Below are positions 27,961 to 41,861 of a stretch of DNA of 64,000 bases, one piece after another. Each line of letters starts with the position of its first letter. Position 1 is the stretch's first letter. Under the pieces are notes generated by a model. That model was not told the DNA's origin. It did no database searches and saw only the letters and a program-made list of their open reading frames with translations. Source of the DNA: Eledone cirrhosa (lineage: Eukaryota); NCBI GenBank assembly GCA_964016885.1, contig OZ024742.1, forward strand, positions 155,496,001 to 155,560,000, in the 5' to 3' direction. Position numbers and translations under genes: made by a program.

Positions 27961-30900
27961 ATGTCAATGAAGCTAAAATAGTATTTACTCTTATCTAAAT
28001 ATAATGCGCATATGTCCATATATGACATTTTCGATAACAGCTTATGTATGCCTGTAGGCCGATATGAATATTGTTTTAAGATTTAATTGACGTTAATATG
28101 TATACAGAGCGAACTCGCCATCTTACGGTAGCATATTTGTCTTGTTACACAGCTGTATCTATATATATCAATTCATGTATATATATATAGGTATTGTTGA
28201 AGTTATACATATATATATATATATATTTATTAAAATAACAGATTAAAGTTTAAGCAAAGAATTATATATACATGTGTGGGTGTGTGTTTGTGTGTGTAAT
28301 TGTATATGTGTGAGTTTGACAGACGTAAAATTGTGTACTCAATACCGAAGTAAAATTTAAATATTGTTTGTTATGATTATGCAATCAGTCTTTTTATACC
28401 AGACCTTTTCAATTTTACTCAAAAGGTCATCAATACAATTTAGATTAAGGGTAAACCTAGTTTCAGAAAAAACCTAATAACTTTGAAGAATTCCCATCAA
28501 CACTAAAAACTAAATTTAACTAACGAGTTAGTTGCACTAAATCCTCTTAACAAAACTTCCAATATAAAAATCGAATTACATATTGTCCTAGAAAACATTT
28601 ATACACTTGATATACTTTAACTCGCAAATAATTGAGTGTTTCTGAAATTTAGCGAGGTCTTAATCACTCCAATCTTTCTGAATTATAATTTAAGTTCATC
28701 TTAATCACCGAAGTCTATTGTACATTCGAAACGTATCTCAATAAATTTATATTAAAATCCTGCATTAGTCAGAAAGTTATGACGATTCTGATTCCGGGGA
28801 GTCCAACACATAATGAGAAGCACCAACTCGCAAGAGATTACATGATAGGCTCTCGTTATAATTATGGTTTTTAAAAACAGAAATAAAATTATTTTCTGCC
28901 TCAATGAAATCAGCATTAAATGTATGTTTACTCATTTATCGTTTCCCCCTTTTTTTGTATTAATACATTTATCTTAACCACTGCATATTTACCTTAACCA
29001 CGAGTCACATCTTTGTCATCAGGCACAATCGTAGACACACCGGCTCAGTATGGAAATACATAATACATATTTGATTGGGAATGCACATTAGCCACTTCAG
29101 GGTTGATATCATTCTCATAGGTTGGTGTATATGTACTAAATTTTACAAACACTGAGCACATTGTTTAGCATTGGAAGCTTAGTTTTATGTAAGCAAGGCT
29201 ACCTCCACGACAGGCGTTATTGTTTCGATAGAAACATGCCTCTATAAATTTAATTCATAACTAACTTTTTTTAATAAAATTTTATTCAATAAAAATATGG
29301 AATTTGAATACAATTTTAAAATATGTCTTTGTGTGTTTGTGCAGTGGGCATGTGTGTGAATGTCTGTGTGTTTGAGTTGTACTGTACATTAATTGCATTT
29401 ATTTTCTTTTTAAAGATCGTAAGTTAAATCGGATAGAGAGGAGTGACCTCATGATGCACTAACAATCTGTTCGTTCTATGTCCATATACATTTAATGATA
29501 TTAACTTCACAAATGTATGTTTTACTGAAGGAAATAGCGATATGTTTTTAAAATAGTTTTAAAATTTAACAATTTCTCTTCTGAAACGAAACTTTGAGAC
29601 TCTCTATGCATACACTTGTATCTCTGTCCATTTCTTCTTTACACATAATTTGATCGCTACTGCTATTTAAATGCCGTGTTGATTAAAACAAATCCGGAGC
29701 TACTTTTAAAACTGGTGAAATTGTGTTACTGTTCTTTTGTGTGTGACGAAGTTTCTAATCTTTTTATATTTACTATTATATTTCCCTTTACTCATCTATC
29801 TATTACTATATCTCTCCCTCTCTCACTCACTGTTTGTCTTTCATTGTATTACAATCTGAGAATCTACTCAATCATACTGCAGTCGCCACTAATGTGGGTG
29901 CTGATATAGCTGTGTTCATGCCTAATAAGCTTGATAAGAGCCAGAGTAATACATGATCAAATATCCATCTTTCTAATCACATCATCGGATAAATCCAGAT
30001 TATATTAAGAATTCTGTTTATGTATCTCTAAGGCAAAAACTGATATTGTCTCTGCAAGGTTTTGTTTTTCAACGTTATTACTAATCTGTTGGCGAAAGCT
30101 ATTACATTTGTTGTGTTTCGGGTAAAAAGAAACTGACCTACGCCTGACTCCACACGCTATCATGTTAACATTCTTAATGGTGACATTCTATATCCATCTA
30201 AATCGTTATATTTACTTGCTTAAACCACTATAAACGTTCTAACCAGTTTCAATACTCTTATGGGAGCTCCTATCGCCTGGGACGAAAATTATAAACACAT
30301 CTCACATAGTTTACACATGATAGTTATTCACTTTAAAATAGTATTTGAAACATCAATTTTGATAACGCTTCTTTAAAAGCATGTTCCGTTATAGAAGCAA
30401 AGTATACAAGTATACAACCCTCTAGTATAGATTGTATACTGGTACTGAGACATTACATTTTCTTTATGTCAATAGATATTTTGTAAATGTTAAAATATAA
30501 GCAGAGATGCCCACACAGATCCATAGAATCTAAGAGTAGACACACACACATACAGACACACGCATACACACGTACACACATATAATGTTATTGATATATA
30601 GAAGGCGCATACGTTTATAGTTTTGCGATTACATACACATACTTGCCTTGCTGCAATTTACTTATTATATACTGACAATAGAAATAGACACAATTCTCAA
30701 CATGTAATTACATAAATATATATTGTCTTAAGAGTGTCCCCGAAGGAAAAAGATAACACCATATTACGCTCAAATATATGGTGAAAATTAATACGTGAAA
30801 CAAAATCCTTTTAGCTAAACAATATCTTTGGGATGTCGAACGTATGACGCTTTGGAAAACATACAATTTGGACAGAAAAATAATTCGTTTGGCTATCGTG

Positions 30901-33678
30901 TCGCTCACAAATTCTACTCTGTTTTATTTGTTGATGGCGTTGGGGAACATGGACATTTATTTTCTACTTATTCACCATCTGAGTGGAAGCAATTTTAATG
31001 CAGCTATCTCGAGGTGATTTTAGAAAGGTTTTCATAATGTTTATTGTGATCGAATATAATGTCGGCCAGATTGAACTTTACCTTGGCCTGGGGTCAAACG
31101 TATCTAATTCCTCCATCATATGTTTAATTCTGAATATGTTATTCCAATACATTTATCAACAATGATAATGTCAGTGACGAATGAAGACTGATAGTGTGTT
31201 CACCTTGTTGTATTAAGTAATTCCAAATGTGTATATAACTGTATGTGTCTGACTGTGTGTGCTCGTACTTGTATCTCTGTTTAATCATTTTATATGATTC
31301 TCTAGGCTAGATATTACAAACCTGAATATATATAATTTCCAATGAATTTAGAAACTTACTATTATTTTGTTTTATCTCCCCGATATTCTATATATATTAA
31401 ATATGCTTTCTTGTTCAATGTTGTTGTTTTTTTTTAAAGATATTTCATATTCCCTATATCAGAGGTGTGCTAAATCTTAACAAATTTACTTACAATATAT
31501 ATATAGCTTTGAATGATTTCAGGCGTTAGGTTATTTATTTGATGCACTTTAGGTATGCATACAAATTCCAATTCAACCAACACTATATTCCTGAAATCAG
31601 TACCGACAATAAATGTAAGGCGTACACAACTTGTTTAAATTCATCAGTATATCGAAGCAAATGGCCATGTTGTTCGGTGATCAAGTGGACTTCATTCCAA
31701 ATATTTCACACATTCCACAAGCTAATGGAAATTGCAACCACATCTAGATTAAGTAAACCTTGATTCAGCTACGTAATGTCCTGTTGTCATGATTTACAAT
31801 CCAATAGATGTTATGGAGACAATTTTAAACCACTATTTCATTTGACATATGGAATAATTTTGCTATTGAGCAATACACATGGCCCATTTCCACTTTTCAT
31901 AAACTAAATAAAAAATAAAATAAAATGAGATCCCGATAGGAAATTAAATCTAATAAAGGGAAAGTTTTACGCCTACATAATTTAGAACATAATTGAAATA
32001 TGAAATATTTAGATATATATGAATTAAAATATATATAAACTATTTTGCTATATTGCGCATAGTTTAAGAGATATCATGAATACATAACTATGTTACCCTC
32101 CAGGATTGCTAATTTGTTATTTGAATAAATTCATTGTATATCCATTTTCTAGGAATATATGTCAGCTATTGAAAGGAAATAATGGTATAATAATATAAGT
32201 TATTAAATACTAAGTGGCTAATTAAATATTCAGTGAAATGAGAGAAAAGACAGGATCTAACAATAAATAACTCCATGGAATCTATCAGATATGTAAAATA
32301 TATGAGGCTGTATGTGTGTGTTTGTTTCTATATATGTATCAATTTATATGCTCGTGTGCAAGTGTGCCTGCTTGCTTGTGTGTGTGCGTTTCAGCGTGTA
32401 TATGCGTTATTTGTGTGTTAGTGTGGTTGTTTGTGTGTGTGTGCCTGTGTCTTCCTGTGTGTAAATTTGTGTGTTTTTCTTCATGTGTGTGTATGTGTAT
32501 GAGTGTGTAAGTGATATAATAGAAATTAAATTGCTCAGTCTTCAACAAATTACCACATTTGTCATTTTGCAGGGAAGATTTTATAATCTTGCTTAACATA
32601 TTCCAAACTATAGTTATTGGATTCAATAGAGATATTGGATTCAAACTATTGCTCGTGCTTCTACATCATTTGAAAGACATCATCTTCACATATCCTTATA
32701 GCCTTTTTGTACATCGTGTATACGTAGGAAGCCAGTTTTAATCCCCTGGTAAGTGGAGTTATCGCCAAGAAGAATTTTGAAAATATTTACTTATCTAAGG
32801 CTACTTATGCAACTCTCATTTTAGCTTCATTTAAAATCACTGTCACTTTATATATTCCGAATCACACACACACGCACACGCACGCACAAACAGACACCTA
32901 CACACACACGCACACTGAGAAACATAAACATCATATATATTATATATGTTGTGATAAATTAAGCTAGTGTATATTAATATATATATATATATATATATCG
33001 AGAGTCGATCAACATTCGTCAAATCGGAACGAGGAAACAATGTTTCCATTTGTCTTTCCAATTGCTAATACTATCTATCTGTCGCAAAACCAGGTTGAAT
33101 ATATATGCTCGATAAGAATTATATAAATATATATACATATATATATATATATAAACTATATATATATATGAGGTATATGGTCTTTAAAGCGATGAAATGC
33201 CTAGGACTGTTGGAAGACCACTGAGGAAGGACAAACTTTTTCATATGTAACCCATTTGCAACGCCGCAGCTCCATTATTATCATATATATATATATATAT
33301 ATATAAATAAATCTGAGTTTTTCGAATATTAATAATTGTTTCTACTTTTTGGCACAAGGCCAGCAATTAACCAGTACATTACTGGTACTTTATTTTATCG
33401 ACCCCGTAAGGATGAAAGGCAAATTAACCTCATAATAACATTCGATTCGTTTGCATTTATGAAAACAAGCCTCTATTGTATAGCCATGTGAGTAGAATGA
33501 ACAATTCATTCTTGCTATTGTGTTGGCGGGCGAACAAAACTGCAGACACTAAGGTCTCACCCTTCCTCAGTACAGCTCACTGTTCACCTGCCAAACTGTT
33601 ACAGCTAGTGAAGATATATGCTATTTTCAAAAATACACAGTACTTGATCGGCCTGTTTTATATATGTATAGTGAAATT

Positions 33679-33726
<48 letters not shown>

Positions 33727-33894
33727 TAAATGGTAGAGAAAACTATACGAAATTACATTCGTAGGGTTTATCATGTTTTATTATCATACTTACATCTTTA
33801 ATATGTGGATAGGTATTCTTCAAGTTTTACATTTAGTGTAAACCCTATTTCCAGCGATATGTATATTAGAATTTTTATGCTTTTTTTTATTTTT

Positions 33895-34033
33895 TTTTTC
33901 GGCTCCGATGAGGAGATCATATCAATATATTCTTTTTTAAAATTACTTACTATTATCGATTCTATAATCGATAATTATCATCTGTATGTGAAGAATACAG
34001 ATATGGTACCCGAAACAATTGTCAGCGATAAAA
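33895..34033 (+). ncRNA. Degenerate hammerhead motif with CCGATGA core and long stem II
   Basis: ggct CCGATGA (33905-33911) gg-ag-atcatatc ... gatatggt-ac-cc GAAA (34012-34015) caattg TC agc. Confidence 0.5.
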
Positions 34034-34622
34034 TAAGGTACCAGTAATACACTGAGATAATTGCTGACCTTGTGCCAAAAAGAGAAATAATTAAATATAT
34101 TTGTTTAAGAATTTGGTATTGGTTTTTCTAGCATTAAATTTTTGTATTAATGCTCTGCTTATACAATTTTTTTATGGACATTATTTCTTTAGCTTAATTA
34201 CTTTGTTTATTTGTCTTGTATTTAATACACATTGAGAACACTATCTCCATCACTACTGGCATATCATTTTCATAACTAATCACTTTTCTCTCCCCTTCGA
34301 TTAGTTTGTTTACATGATTTATATATATATTTACATATATATATATATACATATATGTAAATATATATATATATATATAAATATATATATATTTATATAT
34401 CTCCCCGTTATTTTTCCTCTGTTCTCTTTTCTTTTTGTTTTCTTCTTTTTCTTTATCTATCTCTCCCTTTCTTTTCTCCACGTTTCTCTCTCTCTCTCTC
34501 TCCATCTTTTTACTTACTCTTAATACTATGTAAACAAATCACCACCCTGATGGCCTCCAAAAACAACGGTCAATTTTTAAAAGGGGTACGTCAATGTCTA
34601 TTTATAAAACTGTTATATATTG

Positions 34623-34686
34623 TATTTTGTCTGATGAAGGCATACCATAATGTAACTTGGTATCCTTGAAATATATATAATGAAAT
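34623..34686 (+). ncRNA. Type I hammerhead motif (family A)
   Basis: tattttgt CTGATGA aggc-atacca...tggtat-cctt GAAA tatata TA atgaaata. Confidence 0.7.
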
Positions 34687-34911
34687 AAATATGGTTCTAT
34701 AAATATAGTTTCCATTTAATAATATCGTATATATATATATATATATAGGAACGAGTAGGACCCCGACGGCTGAGCTCAAGCCGTTTCGACGGCTAACGGC
34801 TTGAGCTCAGCCGTCGGGGTCCTACTCGTTCCTATTACCCACTATATTACCCTAAGTATTGAGTACTTTGGTGCGTTATGGTCCACCTGGTCCCTTACCA
34901 CATTTCCTCCG

Positions 34912-34970
<59 letters not shown>

Positions 34971-34975
<5 letters not shown>

Positions 34976-35611
34976 TGGTAAACGGAATAGAAAATTCTGA
35001 CAAATTGTTCACAGTGAAAAATAGTTTAATTAGGAATAAGTGATAATTAGTAATAGTATTGGTTAGTATTAAGTTTTGGTTTTAAGTTTTACCGGTTGCG
35101 CATTTCTAATGCTTTTCAAAAATAATTTTGAGATAGAGCGTCCGTGATGTTTGCTCTGATCTGATTAGTTTGGGGGATTCTACCTGTTTTTATGTTAAAA
35201 AAGTGGCACCAGCGGTATTAAAATAAGTTTGGCGCCAATTCGTGTTGCAAAAATTCCTGTGGTCAAAACAATTTTGATTGGTCAGTAGAGGTAATGTGAC
35301 TGTACAAAATTGATTTTGCGCCAAATGTAGGTTTGTGTCGGCTGACTGAGAGATAAGACTTTCACAACAAATATGTGTGTGTGTGTAGTAGTAGTAAAGA
35401 GGTTCGTTGTTGTGATAATGGTCAGCAGGGATGTGTGTGCGAACCGCAGCCTGTTGACAGTTCAAATGCCTATTAAGACAAGTGTGTGTGTAGCAGAGTA
35501 ATTCGTGGTAGAGGGATGGTCAGTAGGAATGTGTCTGTAAGTTGTGTGGGGGATATTTTAACATGTTAAAATATATTTTTTCAGCTCTTGTCTTATACGG
35601 AGAAGTGTGTG

Positions 35612-35689
<78 letters not shown>

Positions 35690-36725
35690 TCTCTCTCTCT
35701 CTCTGTATGTTAGTGTGTCTGTAAGTGTGTGGGGGATATTTTAACATGTTAAAAGATATTTTTTCAGCTCTTTTCTTATACGGAGAAGTGTGTGTGTGTG
35801 CGTGTGTATGTCTCTTTGTATGTTAATCTACGCGTGTGTATGTGTGTGTGTATATATGTGTGTGTATGTGTGTGTGAGAGAATATGTGTGTGTGTGTGTG
35901 TGTGTGGGTGGATCAGTATTTATTTCTGTTAAAATGGTGTACAGTATTCGATATTTTCAGTAAAATCGATTCTCTCAATAGAACATCAAAAACCTTAATA
36001 ATAAAAGGTGTGAAATGATATATAGTATTGGCATACTACGAAGGTGTGTGTGAGTGTGTCCAGATTGTATGTACTGTAAGGGGGGATCCATTAGGCCTTG
36101 TCGTATTGGAATACCTGTTCACAAATATGTATCTGGAGTGTGTCCTGAAATTGTATACCCGTTCACAAAGTGTATACCTGTGCACAAATTGCACACATGT
36201 ATCTGGAGTGTGTCCAGAAATTGTATACCTGTGCACAAATATGTATCTGAATTGTGTCCAGATTGTACGTACTGCAAGGGGAATTCATTAGGCCATGCCG
36301 TATTGGAATACCTGTGCACAAATATGTATGTGCCCATCAGTGTGCAATGCATGTGTGCATTTATGTATGTGTGTGTGTCGGCACGTTTATATCTATAGAC
36401 ATCAAAAGGGTGCAAATTTGTGTATATTTGTGTTGCACCATAGAACATGTGTGTTTACGTATGTCATTGTGTTTATATGTGGGTAGAGATGTATGCTGAT
36501 GTAGGTATGTATGTTGACGTGTGTACGTTGTGGGTTCGTCTTAGGGAGAAGTGTTTAGACGGGATCCGTATTTGTTAATAAAGTAAGATTCCTTGCTGAT
36601 GCGCTGGGTGTCGGTGGCATTATCTTTAAATTTGTAGAGGGGAAAGATTCTGAAGTTGGGATGATTTTGGGCGGCACAGGTATCAATGTGTTCACTCAGT
36701 ATTATTTTCCTGTATTCCCGTATTT
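34971..36725 (-). mobile_element. 5'-truncated Penelope-like element: GIY-YIG C-terminus plus about 1.55-kb microsatellite-rich 3' region ending in the family D terminus
   Basis: 36541-36725 (-) encodes KIREYRKIILSEHIDTCAAQNHPNFRIFPLYKFKDNATDTQRISKESYFINKYGSRLN, the H...R..KE..FI.....LN end of PLE GIY-YIG domains. (TA)n at both ends. Continuity as one element is inferred. Confidence 0.7.
36045..36330 (+). repeat. Degenerate minisatellite (atacctgtgcacaaatatgtatctggagtgtgtccaga units)
   Basis: Four to five imperfect direct copies. Confidence 0.75.
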
Positions 36726-36741
36726 TATATGTATATATGTA

Positions 36742-36804
<63 letters not shown>

Positions 36805-37010
36805 TCGTAAATGCTTCACGGCTAAGAGAAAGAATTACATAATAAAGTTTTAAATTCATTTATAAGGCAAAAATGTGATTCTATCAGTGATAATCAAGCG
36901 AAACTCCAGAGTAGTAAGAATTATCTCTTTATTTCTCTCTCTCTCTCTATCGCTCTCTCTATCTCTCTCTCTCGCTCTCTCTCTATCGCTCTCTCTATCG
37001 CTCTCTCTCT

Positions 37011-37052
<42 letters not shown>

Positions 37053-37425
37053 CATACATTGAAGAGTATACTTGCATTAATTGAATATCGCTTCGTATGT
37101 TGTTAGATAATATTAAATATGTAAATATGTTTTGTAGAAACATCTAGTAAATTGTAATATAAAAATATACTTATAAGATCGCTTACGCTAGTAACGTTAA
37201 GAAAATTAAACAGAATCTAGAAAAAGAAAATATTTCTTAAAATATATGATTGTACTGTTCGAAAATCATCTTTTCAAAGAGAGCACAACTATCTTTCTTT
37301 CTCTTTGGGCTTTATTGCTTTTTTAAATAAAACAGTTTTCTATCATGTAAATACTCATGAGCGAAATAGGAAAATAACTGTAAAACAGCAAATACATATA
37401 TACGTGCATACATACATACATACAT

Positions 37426-37483
<58 letters not shown>

Positions 37484-37642
37484 TTATTAATATAACTGCT
37501 TTCACCCTTAACGGGATTTTCTGAAACAAATATTTGCTCTACTGTTCTTATATATTTGATATATATTTATCCTTATCGAGCCCTCTTTGAATTTTAGTCT
37601 TCAAATTTATTATTATTACTATATATTTATTTATAGTAATAA

Positions 37643-37820
37643 GGCCGGTGGATTGGCAGTATCCGTAGAGGGTCGGACGCCATGCTTTCCAGCATAGTTA
37701 CGTCCCTTTACGATCTGAGTTCAAATCCCGCTGATGTTGACTTTGCCTTTCATCATTACGGGGTCGATAAAATAAAGTACCAGTAATGCACTGGCCTTGT
37801 GCCTAAAGTAGAAATAATTA
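37643..37820 (+). mobile_element. Octopod-type tRNA-derived SINE
   Basis: ggccggtggattggcagtatc head, B-box gagttcaaatccc, central gcctttcatc.ttacggggtcgataaaataaagtaccagt, tail ctggccttgtgcctaaagtagaaa. More than 10 copies in the window. Confidence 0.85.
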
Positions 37821-39790
37821 TTACTTTATATTTATATTTATATATATAATGTACTGAGCAAACGTCGTATACTTTTACTTACCACCATTCGCTATATAAT
37901 ATTTCTATAAGCCATATGATTCATTATTGGCTTTTCGAACCCCGACTGTCTCATACGTTTCTTACATACATTATTTACTTATCTATACTTTAAAGATTGT
38001 TTCGTGCCTCTTTAAAAAAATGTAATAATATAATAAAATAAATACAAAGTAAAATAACTTTTTAGTTCATGGATAAAATGGTGCTAAGTAATTATTCCTA
38101 GCACGGAACAGCACGTATTCAATTACTGTTGACGACCATAGAAGCTACATCATAAAAGCCTATACATCATCAAACTATTCACAAACCAAAGGTACAGACA
38201 TCAAACGATTTATCTTTGAAGTCATGTTAAAATATTTCTCTGCAAATTATTTTTTTAAATTATTATTTTTTTAAATACATATATATCTTTTTTTTTTCTT
38301 ATGTCATATTCTTGTTTTTCGTCTAATAATAAGTATTTTAAAAATTGCAAATAGATAAAAATGAACTAGATGTAAATTCCGAAAAGAATAAGTATATAGT
38401 TACAAAGATGAGAAAATAAAATTAAATCAAATCCAATTCGCAAGCTGAAATATCATCTATCGTCTTGCTTCTAACATGGTTTGTCTATCAAATAATATTT
38501 AACGCAAAAGGCGCCGGCTTTGAAAACTAAAAGGAAAATAAAAATGCTATTGACATTGGAAAGCACACGGCATTCAATATAAGCACTAGAGGAAATATAG
38601 CCTGTTACGTAATTTCTTAATGAAAACACATAAATGATTAAAAGTGATATTGATAATATATCCTGAGTAAAAAAACAAAAACATATCAAAACATAGTAGA
38701 ACCTCTATATTTTTGACGAACAGGAAAGCTATAATGCTCACTTCCTCAATGTTGGTATCTCTATTTTTTTCTTCCTCAACGTCTATTTGAGTGTTTCGTC
38801 TGATACAACTTATCAGTTGAATTGCTTTCTTTAATATAACTAAAAGCATCAAAGTTGTTTTTGTAACATAAATCACGGCTAGTTAAACGATATGCTACGG
38901 TACCATTTATCAGACATTGATGTATGTAATGAATACTATAAACTGCTGATATATCAGTTGATAGATATATCGATCGGTGAACTGCATCAATCTTTCAATC
39001 GTTTGCAAACAAATAACTCCTCGACCTCTTCCTAAGACAGACCAGATTTACGACCGATAACATTCAATGTATCACCTAAACACCTTTAACTGATCATATT
39101 TTTCACACTCTCCCCTACATCTTCAAAACAATATATTCATGGTGTTTGATTCCAATTCCTTAAGTTGAACACCGACGAAGAACGTATTTCTTCGTATAAT
39201 ATAATGTGCAGAAATGATGCAGATGCATATAAAATTTCATTTATATTCTAACCAGTTAATTTATAAAAATTTAATAACGATATTATTAAATTAAAATATA
39301 TATTTCAAAATATCCAGCTGTGTATGAATTTGTATTTCCTATTATTTCACAAAGAATATCTAATCATATCCGAAGTAATACGTTCCCAAAATGAATTAAT
39401 TTATCATACTTAAATCTTAGACTAAACTGTTGAGGAGAATATATAATTATCTGCTACAAATTAAACAAAAATCTATTGTGTATTTCCGATGAACAAATAA
39501 CGTTTAATACAATATTGGTGTAAATGTCCACGTCGAAACACGACAATGATTGTGCCAGTATCACTCTGCGTTCAAGTACATTAACAATTTTCGTTTTCAA
39601 GAACAAAAAGTGATCATCATTTGTGATACTATAAATTCTCGAGCTATATTCGACACATGTCATGAAATACCATCATCTCACTGATTCTGTCACTCACGTT
39701 CTCTCTCATTCTCTGTCTTTTATCGTCTCACAGTTTCTCCCCACTCTCCATCTTTTTCCCCCTCTCATTCTCTGTGTCTTTCTTTCTCTT

Positions 39791-39849
<59 letters not shown>

Positions 39850-39977
39850 TTGTGTGTGTGCATATACTTATATATTGGGGTGTATCTTTGTCTGTGTTTA
39901 TATATATATATATATTTATGTATACCCCTCTGTAAGTCTATATTGTGTCTCACACATGTGTATTTGTGTCATCACAG

Positions 39978-40182
39978 ATTGTATGGGCAAATCCAAAAGC
40001 CATCACGGTCACACTTCAAGATCGAAGAATCACTGATGACAATCGTATCAGCGTGGAAAGACCTACAACTACATCTTGGAATTTGCACATTCGTGAAGTA
40101 GAACCATCTGATGGAGGAATATACTCTTGCCACATCAATACCTCTCCCGTTAAAGTCAAACGGATAAACCTAATTGTCCAAG
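39978..40182 (+). CDS. Internal exon, C-terminal two-thirds of an Ig V-type domain of a Lachesin/IgLON/DIP-like cell-adhesion protein
   Basis: Acceptor atcacag| and donor CAAG|gtgagt. Encodes IVWANPKAITVTLQDRRITDDNRISVERPTTTSWNLHIREVEPSDGGIYSCHINTSPVKVKRINLIVQ, with the Ig V-set W, DxRI, WxLxI and DxGxYxC motifs. Phase 0 start, phase 1 end. Confidence 0.93.
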
Positions 40183-41401
40183 GTGAGTGAACAAATGTAT
40201 TTACATTATTCTGCATTCAAATTCATTAACGATTTGAGCTATGTTACAAAATATGTATTCAAAATATTATAAGATGATGGTGTCTGTCAGGATTAATTAA
40301 AAGAGTTTTGGAAATAATTTAGGATTCCGAAAAAAATGTTAATTCTTAATGTACTTTAAAACGGCCTGCTAATTGTATTACGGAAATATTTACCGTCGAG
40401 TTTTACGCTCCTTTAAACCCTTTGTTTTTCTTCTGACGAGCGTATCTACCCTGATTTGTGTCTGTGCGTGAAGATTTCGCAAATGTGTAGATGCATAATC
40501 GTTGGTTAAAACATATATTGTTACATTTAAGAAACGATATATAATTAAACACCAGTACCATATCTGTTGACCTTCGATTTTATTAGCAGCCCGGTAAATA
40601 ATTAGTTCCTCGCTTAGTTTACTGAACGACATGCATTTTTCGAGCTTGCTAATGTCTATATTGGAGCTGTGAAAATCAACTTCATTTTGATATTGTTTTA
40701 TTTTATCAATGTTGTCTATATGTTTTTGTATGAATATGTTAGCATGTATATATAATTAACTTGCTTGACCAACTTACCAGAAAGATGGAACGCTTAATTT
40801 TATTTTTCAATTTCTAATACAATGTATAAGATTATCTAATTCTCTTTATTAATACTTTAATAGAATATTAAATCTATTTATGAGGAGTTACCCTGAATAA
40901 TTGTTTAAACAGTTCAAACGTTTTACTTCACATTAGAAAAGGTTGGATACTTATATACTATCGTAATCTTTCATTTTCATTATTGCCATTTCATTCATTA
41001 CAATTAGCTAATACATCAGATGTAACAGGTTATATCACATTTATTGATATTTAAGGCTTTAACGTGTGCATACATAAATCAATATTTGGAAGGTGAGACA
41101 TTAATATAAATAGTCAATTAAGAAACTTTGCGGTTAACGAAGTCGTTGTCATTGTAACGTGCAAGTCGTAATGGCGACTCAATTTCAGTTTGAAATCCAT
41201 GTTTTAATTTACACATCCTGAATTTATCTAATTTCTCATTAATTATCTGATCATGTATTGTATGGGTTGATAATATTATACTCTACTATATAGTACATAC
41301 CTCCATAAATATATGCAAACATACGTAAAGAGGCATATACTCTCAGACCCACACACATACACACACACACAAACATACTCAAGTACATATATATATATAT
41401 A

Positions 41402-41726
41402 ATGCTGTGGATGGCTCTGAACATCAATCAGTATACACTTAGGTTGAAAAACTCAGAGCTGTATAGGAGCCTCCCAAAAGGGACACAGAGGAGACTGGGG
41501 ATAGCTGGACATGCTCACCGACATCCAGAGTTGACACTGCACTCAGTGGTCGTATGGCAGCCCCTGCATGGACACACTGGCAGAGGAAGACCAAGGTTAA
41601 CATATGTTGATGCCCTAAGGACAGACACTGGTCTGTTGGAATGCAGGACATGGCAGCGATTATGAGGGACAGAGACCGCTGGAGAGATCTCGTCCATGAA
41701 TCTCAGAAATTTCATCCGCCCTAGAT
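41402..41726 (+). mobile_element. 3' fragment of an RTE-like LINE
   Basis: [15 protein letters not shown]...[28 protein letters not shown], a typical C-terminal RTE-group motif; bounded by (TA)n. Confidence 0.75.
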
Positions 41727-41728
41727 GT

Positions 41729-41775
<47 letters not shown>

Positions 41776-41830
41776 TATACACACATATATATATATATAC
41801 ATATATATATATACATATATATATATATAC

Positions 41831-41861
<31 letters not shown>

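Noticed and set aside
29401-29425. Possible 3-nt microexon (ttttaaag ATC gtaagt)
   Set aside because: Expected by chance in AT-rich DNA; no supporting evidence.
37643-37730. tRNA gene
   Set aside because: A/B-box-like motifs belong to multi-copy SINE heads; no cloverleaf.
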